In this document: piece after piece, positions 11,224-24,292 of the stretch
Numbering within the stretch: position 1 is the stretch's first letter
Layout of the letters: the number at the start of each line of letters is the position of its first letter
Source: Phyllosticta citribraziliensis
Taxonomy: Eukaryota
Assembly (NCBI RefSeq): GCF_038025025.1
Contig: NW_027117339.1
Location: 2,480,001-2,544,000, forward strand
DNA length: 64,000 bases
Reading direction: 5' to 3'
Translations under genes and position numbers: made by a program
Notes under the pieces: generated by a model
The model's input: only the letters and a program-made list of their open reading frames with translations
What the model was told of the DNA's origin: nothing
Databases searched by the model: none

Positions 11224-14200
11224 TGTGGAAGCGCTCGTGATCCAAGGTAAGTCAGAGACACGTCGTTTGTTCCAGCGGCTTTGTCTCGTCTGAAAGAAAG
11301 GAATGCGGCCGCAGACGTAAATGCCTTGTTACGGCAGCCCCAGCGACGAGGATCAAAGGTAGGTCCCCAGGCACGATGCTGTCAAAGGGAACGCTCGGTG
11401 ATTGGCGCAGTGGTGTCAAAGGCAATGGCCCGTCGTCTCGTCGTTACGCCTCTTTCGTCGTGTGCTCCGAAAGGAGGGTCCCTTGAAGAGTGAAAAGAAC
11501 AGGCTAAAAATGGCGATCAGGTACAAGCAGGGTCGATCGGGAACTTGGTTCTTTCAATTGGGACGACCGTCCCTGCGGCTGTTTTGTTTAAGAGGTCTAC
11601 AGGCAGCCAGCCCGCCTGGTCTTCTGGTTCAAAATTGCCGCCGACTCGAGAGCGTTGGATGGCGCAATGGTGGGATGAGGCGGGGAACGATGGCTGAAGG
11701 CGCTGCTGCAGCCGTCCGCGACCGTCGTCAAGAGCACACACTCGAATCCTACGGAAGGGACCAGACGAGGGCCGTGTTGTCGCGCTGCGGGTGCGGCGGT
11801 GCGTGCTAGGCTTGGTTCGTGGCGCTCTTCTAGGCGCTGATGACGAAGCCCAGCCAGCTTTTACTCTCGATCGATTGCGTGCACTTGGGGCAAAGTGTGG
11901 AACGCCAAAATGAAGGGAACAGTGGAAAAAAGGGGGAGAGCAAGAGGGATCACCGCCTGGCGCGGAACTGATAGACGGCGGAAGAAGAACTGAAATCTCA
12001 AGCGACACTGCGACTCGTCGTCTTACTATCGCCATACACTGTAAGAGCACACTGCAGCACCTGAAACGAGAGAAGTTGGGTGGAGTGGAAAGGAGAGCAA
12101 GAGGAGACGACCAGGTTTCCATTCTTTCTCCCTCGACAACGCACGCAGCTCCGAACAGAGACAAGACACCATCCTCTGGGGCTCGTCGAGTCCGCTTGCA
12201 GCAACCGGGCACCACACAACCTATAGTCCAGCGGTGCCGGCGCAGTGGTACCTTGAACGCGACTCGATTCGAATTCCCTCCGCTCCGCCTGCCACCTTCT
12301 CTCACCACGGCTCCTCTCCACCCACTTGATTCCACCCTCTTGGCGGCGGCGTACGCTCGGTGTCGCCGTTTGGCGCCCTAAAAACGCACCCACAGGGTCG
12401 ACTTCATTGTAGGTTATTGCCCCGGGAATGCGCCCTCGTCTGTCTTACCGGGACGGCCTCACGCGCCTCGCGCCGTCGGACGGTCCTGCTCCTCTCCATC
12501 TATCTCTGCCATCTTGCCATCTTGCATCATTTACTCCGACGGCAGGCTCCGCGTCCGGTTGACGCGCTTGGAGTGTCCTTGACCAATCTGCGCCGGGCGG
12601 ATTGATGTGTAGCGAGAGCATCATCCTCCGCTCCTCTCCTCTCTCGATTTCATACGACTGCTTGGCCCCCGGTGCAACACCTACCATCATCGAACGAAAA
12701 CCACCGCGCCATTGCCGCTCTGGGCTAGATCAGCTCGCTTGAGTCGGCGCCTGTTGCTACCCTATCGGCTTGGAATGTGCATCTGCGTTCCTGGCCACGG
12801 CAGGCGAACTGTTCTGGGCATGGCTGGGTCCTGTTCTGGGCGATGCTGGGCGCGTTTGATGCGAGGCTCACGCGATGCTTTGCCCAAGAGCGCGGCGTGC
12901 AAGTGACAGCTTGGCAGGCTGTCGTCCGAAAGTCTTTGCTTCAACACCCAGTCGCACTGCAAACTTCTTTGGTGTTTTGGGTTCCAACCAAGTCGTCTCG
13001 GTGGGATAGATCATGATGCGGGCTTGTCATGCCAAAATCTGTTACACAGTACCTGCAGCATGCCATTCCCCCGCCCTCCCCTTCCCCCTTCCTTCCTTCA
13101 CCCCGCGAACACCAAGGAATGGATCGATCAACCAAGGTATTGGGACAAGACTGACAACACCCCAGAAGGGTCTGTCAATGTAATCACCCTTATCGCGATC
13201 TGACTATCTTGACCTCGACCTCAACCGTCTTCAGTCAAGCGCTGCAGCTCTTATGCGCATACCATGTTTCTTTCAAACGCCGAGGACGCTTCTGGTAAGT
13301 GGAATGGGGGCAGAAAGTACTGTATCACATGGTGGAGAGAGAGATATGATCAATTGCTCGAAGAATACTTGCTCCCGCGAGAAGCATGGACCTGGCCGGC
13401 TCGTGCTTGAACCCGCCTTCCTGGACTCAATGGCGGCAGCTTTTGTCCTTCCTTCGGTATTCCCGGTCGAGCTGGCTGGCGTGATATTCCTCAATCAATG
13501 CCTCCGAGCGCCCATGCTACAAGCAACAAAGAAAGCCCAGCAACGAAAGTGATGCATCAAGGAGGATCCGACTTGCTAAACCACCAGGTGTTGCTCAAAG
13601 AGCGGAGGAGACGAAGAATCGTAGAGTGTCTCTCCAAAGGCCAATTCCGTCACCAGAGACAATATCTGTCGACGTTGCATTATCGCCTTTTTGCTGTCTA
13701 GCATCCGCCCGTACTAGACTGCGCAGTAGCGCCGTGCTCTGTCCTGCCTCAGGTTTTGCGCTTCCCGTCGCACAGACAAGTAGGAAAATGTAACGAACGG
13801 GAAATTTATTGATTGGGACGGAGCGGACGGGCCAGCAATGGCCGTGTGTGGCCTCATTTCTCCATCCGGAAGCGCGATTTCTCTTCGTCTTTTTGGGTCT
13901 AGAAACGGATATCTCGCTCGCGCCTCCTTCGCTCGGCTGTTCTATTAGCCCTGCTTGATACTGGATGCATTTGAGTGTCCACGATATGAGCATTGGGGCG
14001 GCAGGTCTGCAGGAGACCCGTCGGTCTTGTCTGTTGCCGTGTTGGAGTGGAGTTGAGCTCGCGTGCTTCGCTGAGATTTTACTCTAAGAGGAAACTCCCG
14101 ACTCTTTAAATGCCCCCGTCGTGTCTGGAATAGTACTGCAAAACCCGAAGCAGGGCGCCGACCAAAAAGAAGCGAGGACTGAAACGAAACACGCGATGTC

Positions 14201-17200
14201 AGGCAAGAGGCAGCGGATGCGCCACCGCTCTATTCGCTCTTCACGCCCGGCTGAAAAGCAATTTCGATTTCGACCTCGTCGTCTAGACAAGCGAACGCGA
14301 AATTCTCCACCTCCTCCTTCTTCTCCTCCTCCTGATCCTAGCGTGGGCGCGCTCCTACTCTAGCAGAGTGGGATACCTGGCTGCGCCGGCGCTTAAACAA
14401 TGCACCGGATGGGACCCTTCCTTCGTCTCCGCATCTCGAGAGACGGTAGCGAAGGGATGGGGTTTCCTCGACTCGTTTGATCGAATCCGACGGTTGCCTG
14501 TATCGAACGGTGGCCAGACGATCTAGTCGGCCTGGCAGATGGCCAGACAGACAGATGGCCGTTGTCTCGTTGGAACGCTCCTCCTGCCCGGCCATGCATC
14601 GCAGATCGAGGCAGTCGAGCAGCGGTTGGAGTGGGGAGTTGCGGACTAGGCTGGACAGTCTTGACAGTCTTGTCGGCGTCTGTCCACGGTGGTCAACTTC
14701 TGGCATTAGGCGCATGCTGTATGATCACAAACGACAGCCTGTGTCTTTGCGCTGCAGAAATAGCTGTCATCCGCTGTCAACGTCGATCGTGAGATCTTTC
14801 CAACCATCTAGCATTCTTTCATGTCATCTGCAGGTCAAGCGGTAAGTCTCCCAGCACCACAACAGCACTCGAAATCCTACCCGTCGACGGTAGTATGTGG
14901 CAACAGAAAGCTGTTCGAAGCAGGAAACCCACGACGTCCGTCAAAAGCATACATGTCAAAGACTCAACAAACAACACCGATCTTCTTCCCTCGCCATCAC
15001 GACACCAGTCAGTTGCGCCAACCGGCTGTGGCACAAAACAGAAATGCAAATCACAACCGCCACTCCACGAGAGCCCACGCACGCTGCTGCCTCTGCCTCC
15101 TCCCGACCCACAACCAAACATGCCGTCGTCGTTCAGCTGGACGGGAACAGCCATAGATCTAACCATCCAGTCAGACAGCGTACCAGGTGCAGCAGATGCT
15201 GCCTGCTGCTAACTAACTGCCTATCCATGTGGCTAGGCGAGGTGTGGCGTCAATTCCAGCTTGCTACTTCTGCCACGTACCGATGCTTTACTGCGCGGGT
15301 GCTGCCGCGAACGGAAGTGGGACTGGAGTTGTTGCTATCACTTTTCCTTCGGAGATAGCCTTCATCTCTGTCTTCTTATTTGCTTCTGCTCTCCGTCCTT
15401 TTCTCCTTCGCCGCGATTCGTCCGTTCCTCGCCAGATAATTTTCTAGATTTTTGATCTTCTTCCCCCGCTTTTGAAACATCAACAACCACTCAGAAGGAA
15501 CTGGAAGAGGCTGGAGATGGAAGCCCGGAGAAGAAGAGGAAGAAAGACTAGACGGGAAGATGAACGACTCTACGGCTTTTATCTCTCAGGGCTTTTCATC
15601 AACCAGCAAGTTTTGTCAACACGAGTTGCGCATCTTACGAGGTTTGTTGACCGAGCACACCCGGTCGAATTATCCACATGAATTTCCTCTGCCGCTCGTC
15701 TGTGAGGCATCTCTTTGGTATCCCATCATTCAGTCCAGCTGCATAAATTATCAGAAAAAACTCTACCATTCATCCCGGCAACCCCACATGTCTTCATCTC
15801 CATCTCCACCGCCATCCTTATCCCTCCCCTTAGCTCGCTCTCGAACACTCTTCTTCTCGAGAAACCTTGCACTCCTTCATCTACACATACTACTGTATCC
15901 AAACCCCCACCCGACCAAGGCCCCGACATGCGACCAACTAATGCACGCTCGAAGGCATGCATACCCGCCCACCAGCGCATCCTTCCCGTTCCGGGTATGC
16001 AGGTACAGGTACCGCGCGAGATGAGATGACGCGGGCGGTGAGTCGCTTTGCCACTGGCGCGGGAGGGGACGGCAGCGGTGTGTGTGGGTGTGGAATGCAT
16101 GAGCGAGAGATGAGGGGTTCGTGGGAGAGCGAAGGCTCGTTGTCCTCTGCATTCGATATGCTTTGGTGCGGCATTGAACTCCGGTTCCACTGAGGCTCTT
16201 CAACCAAAGGTGTCGGCTTCAACATCCGCACATTTCAGGCTGTTTCGAGCTCAAGGCTGTAGAAATGGGGACGACCAGACGTATAATCAAGAAACATGCA
16301 GGGCAACCTGCCCGCGACCAAGCTTCCGGCAAGCACGCCGATCACCATCCCTTGCGACGGGAAGCAGAGGGGAGAGAAGGGGACCTAGGCTTAGCTGGGA
16401 ACCGACGACGCAGGTACCCGCGCACCACTACAGCACGCTACGATTCTACTCAACGCTGGACCGTTTCGCCGTGTTGTTTGTTGTTTCTGGGTGAAAGTTA
16501 GCATCGACATGCGCGCGACCGATTCTCGCGAAGGTCCGCCTCTTCTGTAAATATCAACGAACGACGGAAAAAGTCCGTTTTAAATAGATTCAACGAAAGA
16601 CTTGTCCATTCAATCGCTCGCTCGCCAAAGAGCATTTCAAAATCGACTATTGAGGGTATGCTATCGACCTATTCGCCTGCCTGCCTGTGCACCTGTCTGT
16701 CCGCTTCAGAGAAAACGAAAGTAAGTGACGGGCAGATGTGGTACGCCATCCAGGAACGCCTCGCTACCGCAAAACGCCGCACGCATACCACGCACCCATC
16801 CATCCATCCATCCATCCATATGCGACGACCGACCGCCAAACCGAACGAAGGACCATATCCACCCATGTCGCCCGCCGTCACAACCACCGTTCCACACCCT
16901 GTCCCAAATCCGACCATTTTGAGGTGGTAATGCCCCACCAAGACGCCGTTTGCGCCGCAACTGATCGACCGCCAATCCCGATTCTCCGCGAGGACTGGAC
17001 TGTTGAGAGTTTCCGCCTTCTATGAGTTTCGTAACGAAGGAAAGGAGGAGAAGGGAGAAGAAGACAAAGGGAAATTAAAGAAAGACATTACTGCCGCCGA
17101 ACGCGCCCTATTGACTCGATCCGCTCGCTGGTGCTGTACTGAACGCAATGCAACGAAAATTCAAGAATGCAAAAGCAGAAGAGAGAAAACGAGAGGGAGG

Positions 17201-17353
17201 GGTATTAGAAGTGTAAGGGAATGGAAAAGACCTGGGTATTCTCGAAGCAACGCAATGCAAAAAAAAGCAAGGAATGCTCGCTATCTGTACCGGCATGTAA
17301 AAGAAGTGGGTTGGCGGTGGGAGACCTAGCGAGCTCAGAGCAAGCGCACTAGC

Positions 17354-19284
17354 TCACTTCGGACTGACCGAATTCATCAACGCGTCCATCGCTGCCGAAG
17401 TCTGTTGCGCCAAGGGCCCCGAGAAGCACGAGTCCTTGCGGTCGCCGATACTGCCTCGTGCCTTTTGCGACGGAGGAAGCTCTGGGGCGCCGTTGGAAAG
17501 GTGGGGACTGGCGCTGGCGGTCCGCTGGTCAAGCGCGTCGACTCGCTGAATGCTAGTAGTAGCTTGTCGACTAGGCGAAAAGATGCCGAGCCCAGAGTCC
17601 TTGCGCAGCGTGGGCTGCTTCAGGTTGGATGCGATGGATGGCTGTGTCCACAGATTGGTCGGCGAGGGAGTGTCGACGCAGGGAAGAGAAATCTTGGATT
17701 CTCCTGTCGAGGTCTTGGTGAGCGGCTCCAACGACGAGCTTGAGGTCGTGCGAGTGGCAAGAGTGGATCTGTCAGACAGGACGGAGTCTTGGGAGCTGTT
17801 GGTCTTCAAGCCTGGGCGGCGAGGTGTGCCCTTTTTGCGCTTCATTTTTGATGCCGCAGAGGGAACTCTTCTCTTGAATTGCCTGTTGGGAGTGTCCATC
17901 CGAGAAGGCTTGACTGGAGATGTCGAGCTGGGAGGGGTCTCGAATCCCGTCGTTGAACTTGCAAGCTGCACAGAAAGAAGCGACAGCGGCGGCGAAGGAG
18001 GGGTCGCGAGAGGGTTCTCCGGCGTTTGCTCTCCCTGTGGTCGAATGGCCTCCCCTTCATCGGTGCTGGGAGCAACCGGTTCTCCACGAGAAGGCTTTTG
18101 AACAAAGGACTTCATTCGCTTGACGTGTCCCGTCACCAGCGACAAGCTTGCGACTGCAACGGATCCAGAGTCCTCGCCCGACTCCGAGCTGGCCGTGATA
18201 CGAAACTCTGGAGGAGGTGGCATGCGTCCAGCCTTGTCGTAGCGGCCAGTCACAGCTGGCTGATCCAGCGGCAACACAGAATGTCCAGGGCCATGGTGAG
18301 ATGTGAAGCCTCCAAGTTTTCCGCTGAAGAACCCGGCACGCTGAATCTGCTCTCCATCCATTTGAACAGGCGGCTCGCGGATTGAATCATTTTCTTCGCG
18401 GTCAATCACAGCTTGGCGTTCTCCAGCCCGCTTGCGACCTTTGCAAAGGACTGCCTCGGGTTTGTCGCCCCGATCCCACATGTTCAGCTCTTCAGTTGTA
18501 GTTCTCCGATAGTGTCTGCAAAGGCGTTCGTGGGTAGTGTAGGTAGAGCAAGCGAAAGGATACCAGTGCGCGTTTCCCCGGACAAATGGAGTCGGTTCGA
18601 AATCGAAGCGAGCGGCATGAATTGAGACGAGAGATTTGACCATGCCGAAGTAGACGTCCTTCATGCTGCGCGTGGGCTCTGAAAAATCCAGCGGCGCATA
18701 AGTCAGGCTGATGTTGTCTTTGATGCGAATGTGAACGGGCCATTCGGCAGTGATGCCGGTGAGCTTTTCATACTCTGCGCTGTTCACGACGACGCAGAAG
18801 CCGGCATAGTTGTCCTCGGTCTTGTTGCACTTTTCAATCGGGTCATCACTGTAGCGGCGGGCGTAGATTTGGCTGAAAAAGAACCAATTCTCTCGGCGGT
18901 AGCTTGGGCCAAATCGCTTCAGGTCCTTGGTAGCTGCCCAGTAGACCTTGATGTCGCGCTTGCCCAATGCGCGCAGGTATGTCGCATATTGTGTCTTTGC
19001 GTGATCGATGCACCAGAGCAGCTCGGGCTGGGAGGCTCCGCGCTCCTTGGCCTGGTGGTTGTGGTGAATGATTTGGACCAATTGGTGAAGTTCATGGTCG
19101 GTGAGTGGGCGCGCAATGTAGTCGGCCAGGGTATGTGAAGCGTGAGGGTGCGTGGCCGCAACGACTGAGGTCAAGAGGTCGAGCAGGTGCTGACGCTCGA
19201 CACGGTTCCTGAGGGGCATGAGCGACAAATATTGGTGAAGCGCGCGGCGGAGCGCGGCGGGAGCAAGGCGGGAGGCGCTTACAT
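17354..19284 (-). CDS. hypothetical protein with a globular N-terminal half and Ser/Pro-rich C-terminal half
   Basis: 624-codon ORF 19228-17354. The likely true start is AT (19284-19283) plus G (19208), across intron 19282-19209 (GTAAGC...CTCAG), giving MNRVERQHLLD. Confidence 0.7.
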
Positions 19285-19702
19285 TTTGGGAGAGAGGTCG
19301 GTGGGAAGGAGCTTGTTAGGTGTGCAGTTTAAGTTGTCAACATGTTAGAATGGCGAGAGGGCGCAATCGTGTGAGAGGGCGGTGGGAGAAAGAGATTGTC
19401 ATGGTGAGGGCGAAGTAAAGGGCTTGGGAGAGAGAAACGTCTACGCGGAGGAGAAGCGCAGCGCAGCGCCAGAGACGAAGCAGTAATATTTCAGCGCCCA
19501 CGCCCACGACAGCCCACTACAGCACACCACAGCACAGCACACCACCCTTGAGCAGTGCCTCAGCGACCGGATCCGTGGTACGGCTGCCGGCGGCGTGTGG
19601 AATGGAAAGTCAAGTTTAACGCGACATGGCTACCAGCCAGCGCCATTCTTCAAAAATCAATAATGCTGCCCGGTAGCAGCGCATAGAGGGAGGGGCCTTC
19701 TA

Positions 19703-19713
<11 letters not shown>

Positions 19714-19733
<20 letters not shown>
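19714..19733. repeat. (GAC)n microsatellite
   Basis: Read directly from the sequence. Confidence 0.8.
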
Positions 19734-20762
19734 CTGCTCGCCCGCGCGTGCGACTTGAGCGACGACCGGGACCTGACGAGGTGACGATGCAGCGGTGGCA
19801 ACTGAAGCGAGGGAGACGATTGCATGTGAATGGAAGCAGGCACATTACCTTAGCTCTGGCGTCGCCCTTGGGCATCGAATCGTCTGCGGTGGATTCCAGA
19901 CTCTGTACCTAGGCGGGCCCGTTGAGCAACCGGCCATTCCTGTGCCCTCGACCTTCCCCGGATTCCGCCAACTCGCAGCATCTCAGGGTCCTGTTAGGCA
20001 CCTCTCCGCATCCCGAATATGGCCATCCAAGCTCCATTTCCGCATCCGACGGACACTTCTCCAGACCCAGTGACTGCAAGAGATGGTCTTGTATTTAAAG
20101 CCCATGGGATCGTGCGGGCGTGGTCAGAGTCAGTTTGGATGCCAAAATCCATCGTGCACGGTCGTCGTGGTGTTGCATCCAGATGTAGATGAGCATGGGG
20201 GGACAACACCCGCTTCCATGTGCGCCCACAAGGTAGATCGACTGCGCCGTCGCCAGGTTCAGATCATGACGGCGCATGTTGGCCCATGTGCTCTGCTGGC
20301 TTGTGGGTATGTGCTGTGACTGGAGGGACTGGGTGGTGTGGTGTTCCCGCTGCTCGGCGACCCGTCACGACTGCCCTCGACGTCACCTTTTCCCACGCAC
20401 CTCCACGGTCATTTTGCACCTCTTTTCCACCCCACCCCAGCCAGATCTCGACTGAGCTCAATCGAATCTCCACCTTCGTCGGCTGAATCTCGACCGAATC
20501 TCATCTCTTTCGCGGCTCGTCTCTCGACTCATCCTGACCGAACCTCGACTTAACCTCACCGAAACTCGACTGATCTCAACCTTCCTTATCTTCCTTGCTC
20601 CTCACAAGCCCACGACTGTTGCGCGCCCCAAGGCGACACGGCTCCCCCACCATCTCGCCCTCCGTTGGACATGTCTCTTCGTGATTGAAGAAATTGTCAC
20701 CCTGATCCATTCAACCACAGATCATCCAACAACCTCGCCCTGCCTGAGGGGCAATCTTCGTC

Positions 20763-23483
20763 ATGCCGAAGCTCAAGCAAATAGAGTGCAGCATTGCACT
20801 GCCGCCTTACCACAAGCTTCTCGACGAGATCCGTCCCGGTTACACCGATGGCTGTGTCGAGACCTTTGTCGCCATTCCCGACGAGCCTAGCGCATTCAAC
20901 ATCCACGTCACCTCCGAAGGCTTCATCGCCCCCGGCCTGGCTGTCTTTGTCTTCATCGACGGAGTCTACCAGTGCATGCGCTTCAGGGCCGACCTGATAG
21001 AGGAACACCCTCCCTACACCAGGCGTGAAGATACTGAGATCGACTTCCTATTCCGCCAGAAGGAAGAAAAGATCCAGGGCGAACGCTTCCTTGGGCGCGA
21101 ATGGCGCTTTGACAAGCTCAACATCGGTGAGCATTTCCGAGAAAGATGCAACGGGCCTGCTTACTGACACCGAATAGCTGCTACCGACGCAAATGCCCAC
21201 CGCTCCGACGAGATAGGCACCATCGAGGTCGTCGTGCTGCGCCTGCACGGCATGGAGCCGCCCAAGGAGGTTATGGCCATGCATCCACAATATGACGGAG
21301 CAAACGACGACTCTGGCCAAGACTCCGGAGAGGACAACTTTGGTGCTGGCTTCGATGGACCATCAGATCGCCGTGGAAGTGACAGGCACACTGGGGTCCC
21401 TTTGTCGTTCATCGCTCCGGGTAGCTTGACCGGAACGTCCAGTGCCAGTCCTGTTGGCCCGGTTGGTGGAGCGGGCTATGGTGGTAGCTACTACCACTTG
21501 TACCGGCCCCAAGCAGGACACAATTTTCCTGCCCCTGGCATGGCTGAGCCTGCACCGCGAAGGCGATTCAGACCATCTTCAGATCATCAGCCAGGTGTCA
21601 TGTGGAGGCCTGAAATGGACAGGGTATTCACCGTCGCCGTCTCGACTGTGCAAGAGTCAGGTTAGTCCTCATGCAGTCCTAGGTTTGGGCAGAATGATGG
21701 TCCGCCAACTCTTGTCTGGAACCACAACGCTGACATTTCACTAGACTCGCAACTCTCCGAAGCCAACCGTCGTGTCTTGCAAGCAAACGAAAGAGTCCGC
21801 ACTGTAAGTGATCTTGCTTCCAAGCGTGCTGCACCTTCTAAGTCACTTCGTTCCCGTTGTCAGTCTGGCACTCGTTCTGGACGGGAGCGCCACGTCAATT
21901 TCCAGGATGGTTTCCCACAGAATCCGTTTGCGTACAATGCAGAGCCTTGGGCTATGAACAGGTCCCAGTCGCATGCCCGCGAGGATTCGAGACCGTTGTG
22001 GAGGCGTGACCAACCCGATTCAGAACTTGCGAGCACCGTGACTTTCCGCGGCTACGAGCGACCGTCGTCCAATGACCAGAAGCATCGGTACAATCCCCGT
22101 TATGCTAATGAAACGCAGGCCTCGCACCACAAGAAAGACAAAGGCGACGCGCACAAATCCACGGAGGAGCCAGCTGCAGAGGAGCAGCCCGCAACATTCG
22201 ACAACTTCAATGATGGACAGGCCGGTGCTTGGGCAAATGAGCAGAAGAACGACGACGGCGAGCCCGTTGACTCGAACTGGCAGCCGGATCGTGGCTCGAA
22301 CAAAGACGATGGAGGCGAAGGCTTCAACAGTGGCTGGCAGCCGGACCATGGCTCGAACAATGACAACAAGGGCACAGAAGCCGTCCAAAACTCGCAGTCG
22401 GACCACGGCTCGAAGAAAGCCAAGTCGCACAAGTCTTCCAAGCCGCCGAGCTCCGTCTCATACATGCACGTCCCTTCTGTTCCCGAAGAGCCCATCGTCA
22501 AGTCGTACTGGAAGAATTGGAACAAGCGCCCGGTTTCACAGAAGCACAAGCTTGCTCAGTACGTCGAGGCTTCCAGGGGTTTCGTCACTGCTCCGTCCGA
22601 GCTTCCGGAGCAAGTCCCCGAGCGCGAGGCCAAGAAGCGCGGTCTGAAGCACCAAGTCTATGCCGGTCAGGGCTCGGAATACCGCCACCGTCTGGGAGTG
22701 CCGGTGTACAAGGACAGCATGGAGAAGCCCTACGCCGTGTTCAGGTTCAGGTACCGGACCAAGGAGACGCTCAAGAAGATGCTCCGCGACAGAGACGCAG
22801 ACTGGGAGAAGATCAAGAAACGCGAGGAGCAGCAGAAGCTCATGAACTTGAGCAAGGAGGAGCTGATCGAGCAGTTGATGAAGAAGTCCAGCATTTCCGG
22901 CAAGAGTAGCTCTGTCAAGCAGGCTGTCAGGGTTGCCTCTGGAAGCGCCAAATCTGCCCAAGTGAGCAACTGGGTTCAGGAAGTAGCCGAAGTTTCAAGC
23001 TCGAAAAAGTCCGGAGCCAAGTCGAAGTCGTCTTTGGAGACAGTGACTTGCGATGGCTGCAAGAACATTCTGGCCGACACAGAGAAATGGTGGCACTGCG
23101 ACCCGTGCAATTTTGACATTTGTCTTTCGTGCGCCGATGGGTCCAAGTGGTGCAGTGACGGAAACCACAAGCTCGAGAAATGGGGTGGCTCAACCGTTGA
23201 TGGAAAACGCGAGCTCTTGCGCAAGCCGTCCAGCAAAAATGGCGGTTCTCAGTCCGGAAAAGCCAAAAGCAACAACGGTGATTCGCACAATAGCAAGGCG
23301 GGCAGCCATCACAGCGGCTCTCACGGCGGCAAGTCTCGCGCTGGCTCCCAGAAAGAGGCTGATAAACCGGCCGAGGCGTGGGTTACGACATCGGGCTTCG
23401 ACAACGCTGCCACTCAGGGAGGATTCGAAAATGCAGGTTTCGACAACGCTGCCACCACCACGGAAAAGAGAGGCCAGTGGTGA
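20763..23483 (+). CDS. 3-exon fungal protein with a split DUF7918-like domain and a ZZ-type zinc finger
   Basis: Exons 20763-21126, 21178-21660 and 21745-23483 join in frame. The introns are GTGAGC..CTGAC..TAG and GTTAGT..CTGAC..TAG. Motifs: VFVFIDG, GTIEVVVLR, DSMEKPYAVFRFRYRT, and ZZ-like CDGC...WHCDPCNFDICLSC. Confidence 0.75.
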
Positions 23484-24292
23484 AGCCTCTATTCCTACAC
23501 GAATCTGTTTTTCATGGCCTTTGCTTTCATTCTTGGACTCGATATCCAGGAAGACATTTGCCTGAAGGGAATGATGGATTGCTTCCTAAGGTCCGGCACT
23601 TGGTCGTACACGGCTGGCTCAGAGATGGACTAAGACAGGATAAGAACGACCAGAGATCAAGGCGTTGATGGTGAAAAGAGCGGTGATGATGTCGAGAATG
23701 GCCGAGATTGAGTTATGGGTCAACAGGACGTCGTTGTCGTCGGAAAAACGGAGTCGGGCACGGGCAGGACGGGGTAGCGGCGGGGAACGACGGCGGGGAC
23801 GGCGAAGGACCTGACGGGAACTCAAATAGCGGCTAATGGAATGACATCACCTTATCTCTGGCCGTGACCGCAATCGCTTGTCTCCGCCGACAAATGGCCA
23901 TGGCTAACGACCACAAGGCCAATGTCCTTTGTGTTGCTGTTGCTGATGGTAAAGAGTCACCTCGCCCTTACTCGTGTCGTGAGCGCCAGCCCGCTCGTCA
24001 TTGGCAACGGCTGGATGATATGCAAGTATCCCACGTAGACGAGTTACGTCACGCGCCGCGGCGGCGCTGAGAGGAGGGACAGCTCTTTCAAGCTTCTTGT
24101 CTCGCCGCCGCCGCGGCGGAGGGGACGACACCTTGGAATTTGAACTGTCTTGGTTCCTGCTTACTCCGCTTGTGCTGCGAGTCTTTACCCACCTTTACTC
24201 CAAGCAAGCGCATACAGCGACCAAAGATCCTCATTCATCGATCGACTAAACGAACAAGCAAGCAACACTACACCTCTCTCGCGAAAGCCACC

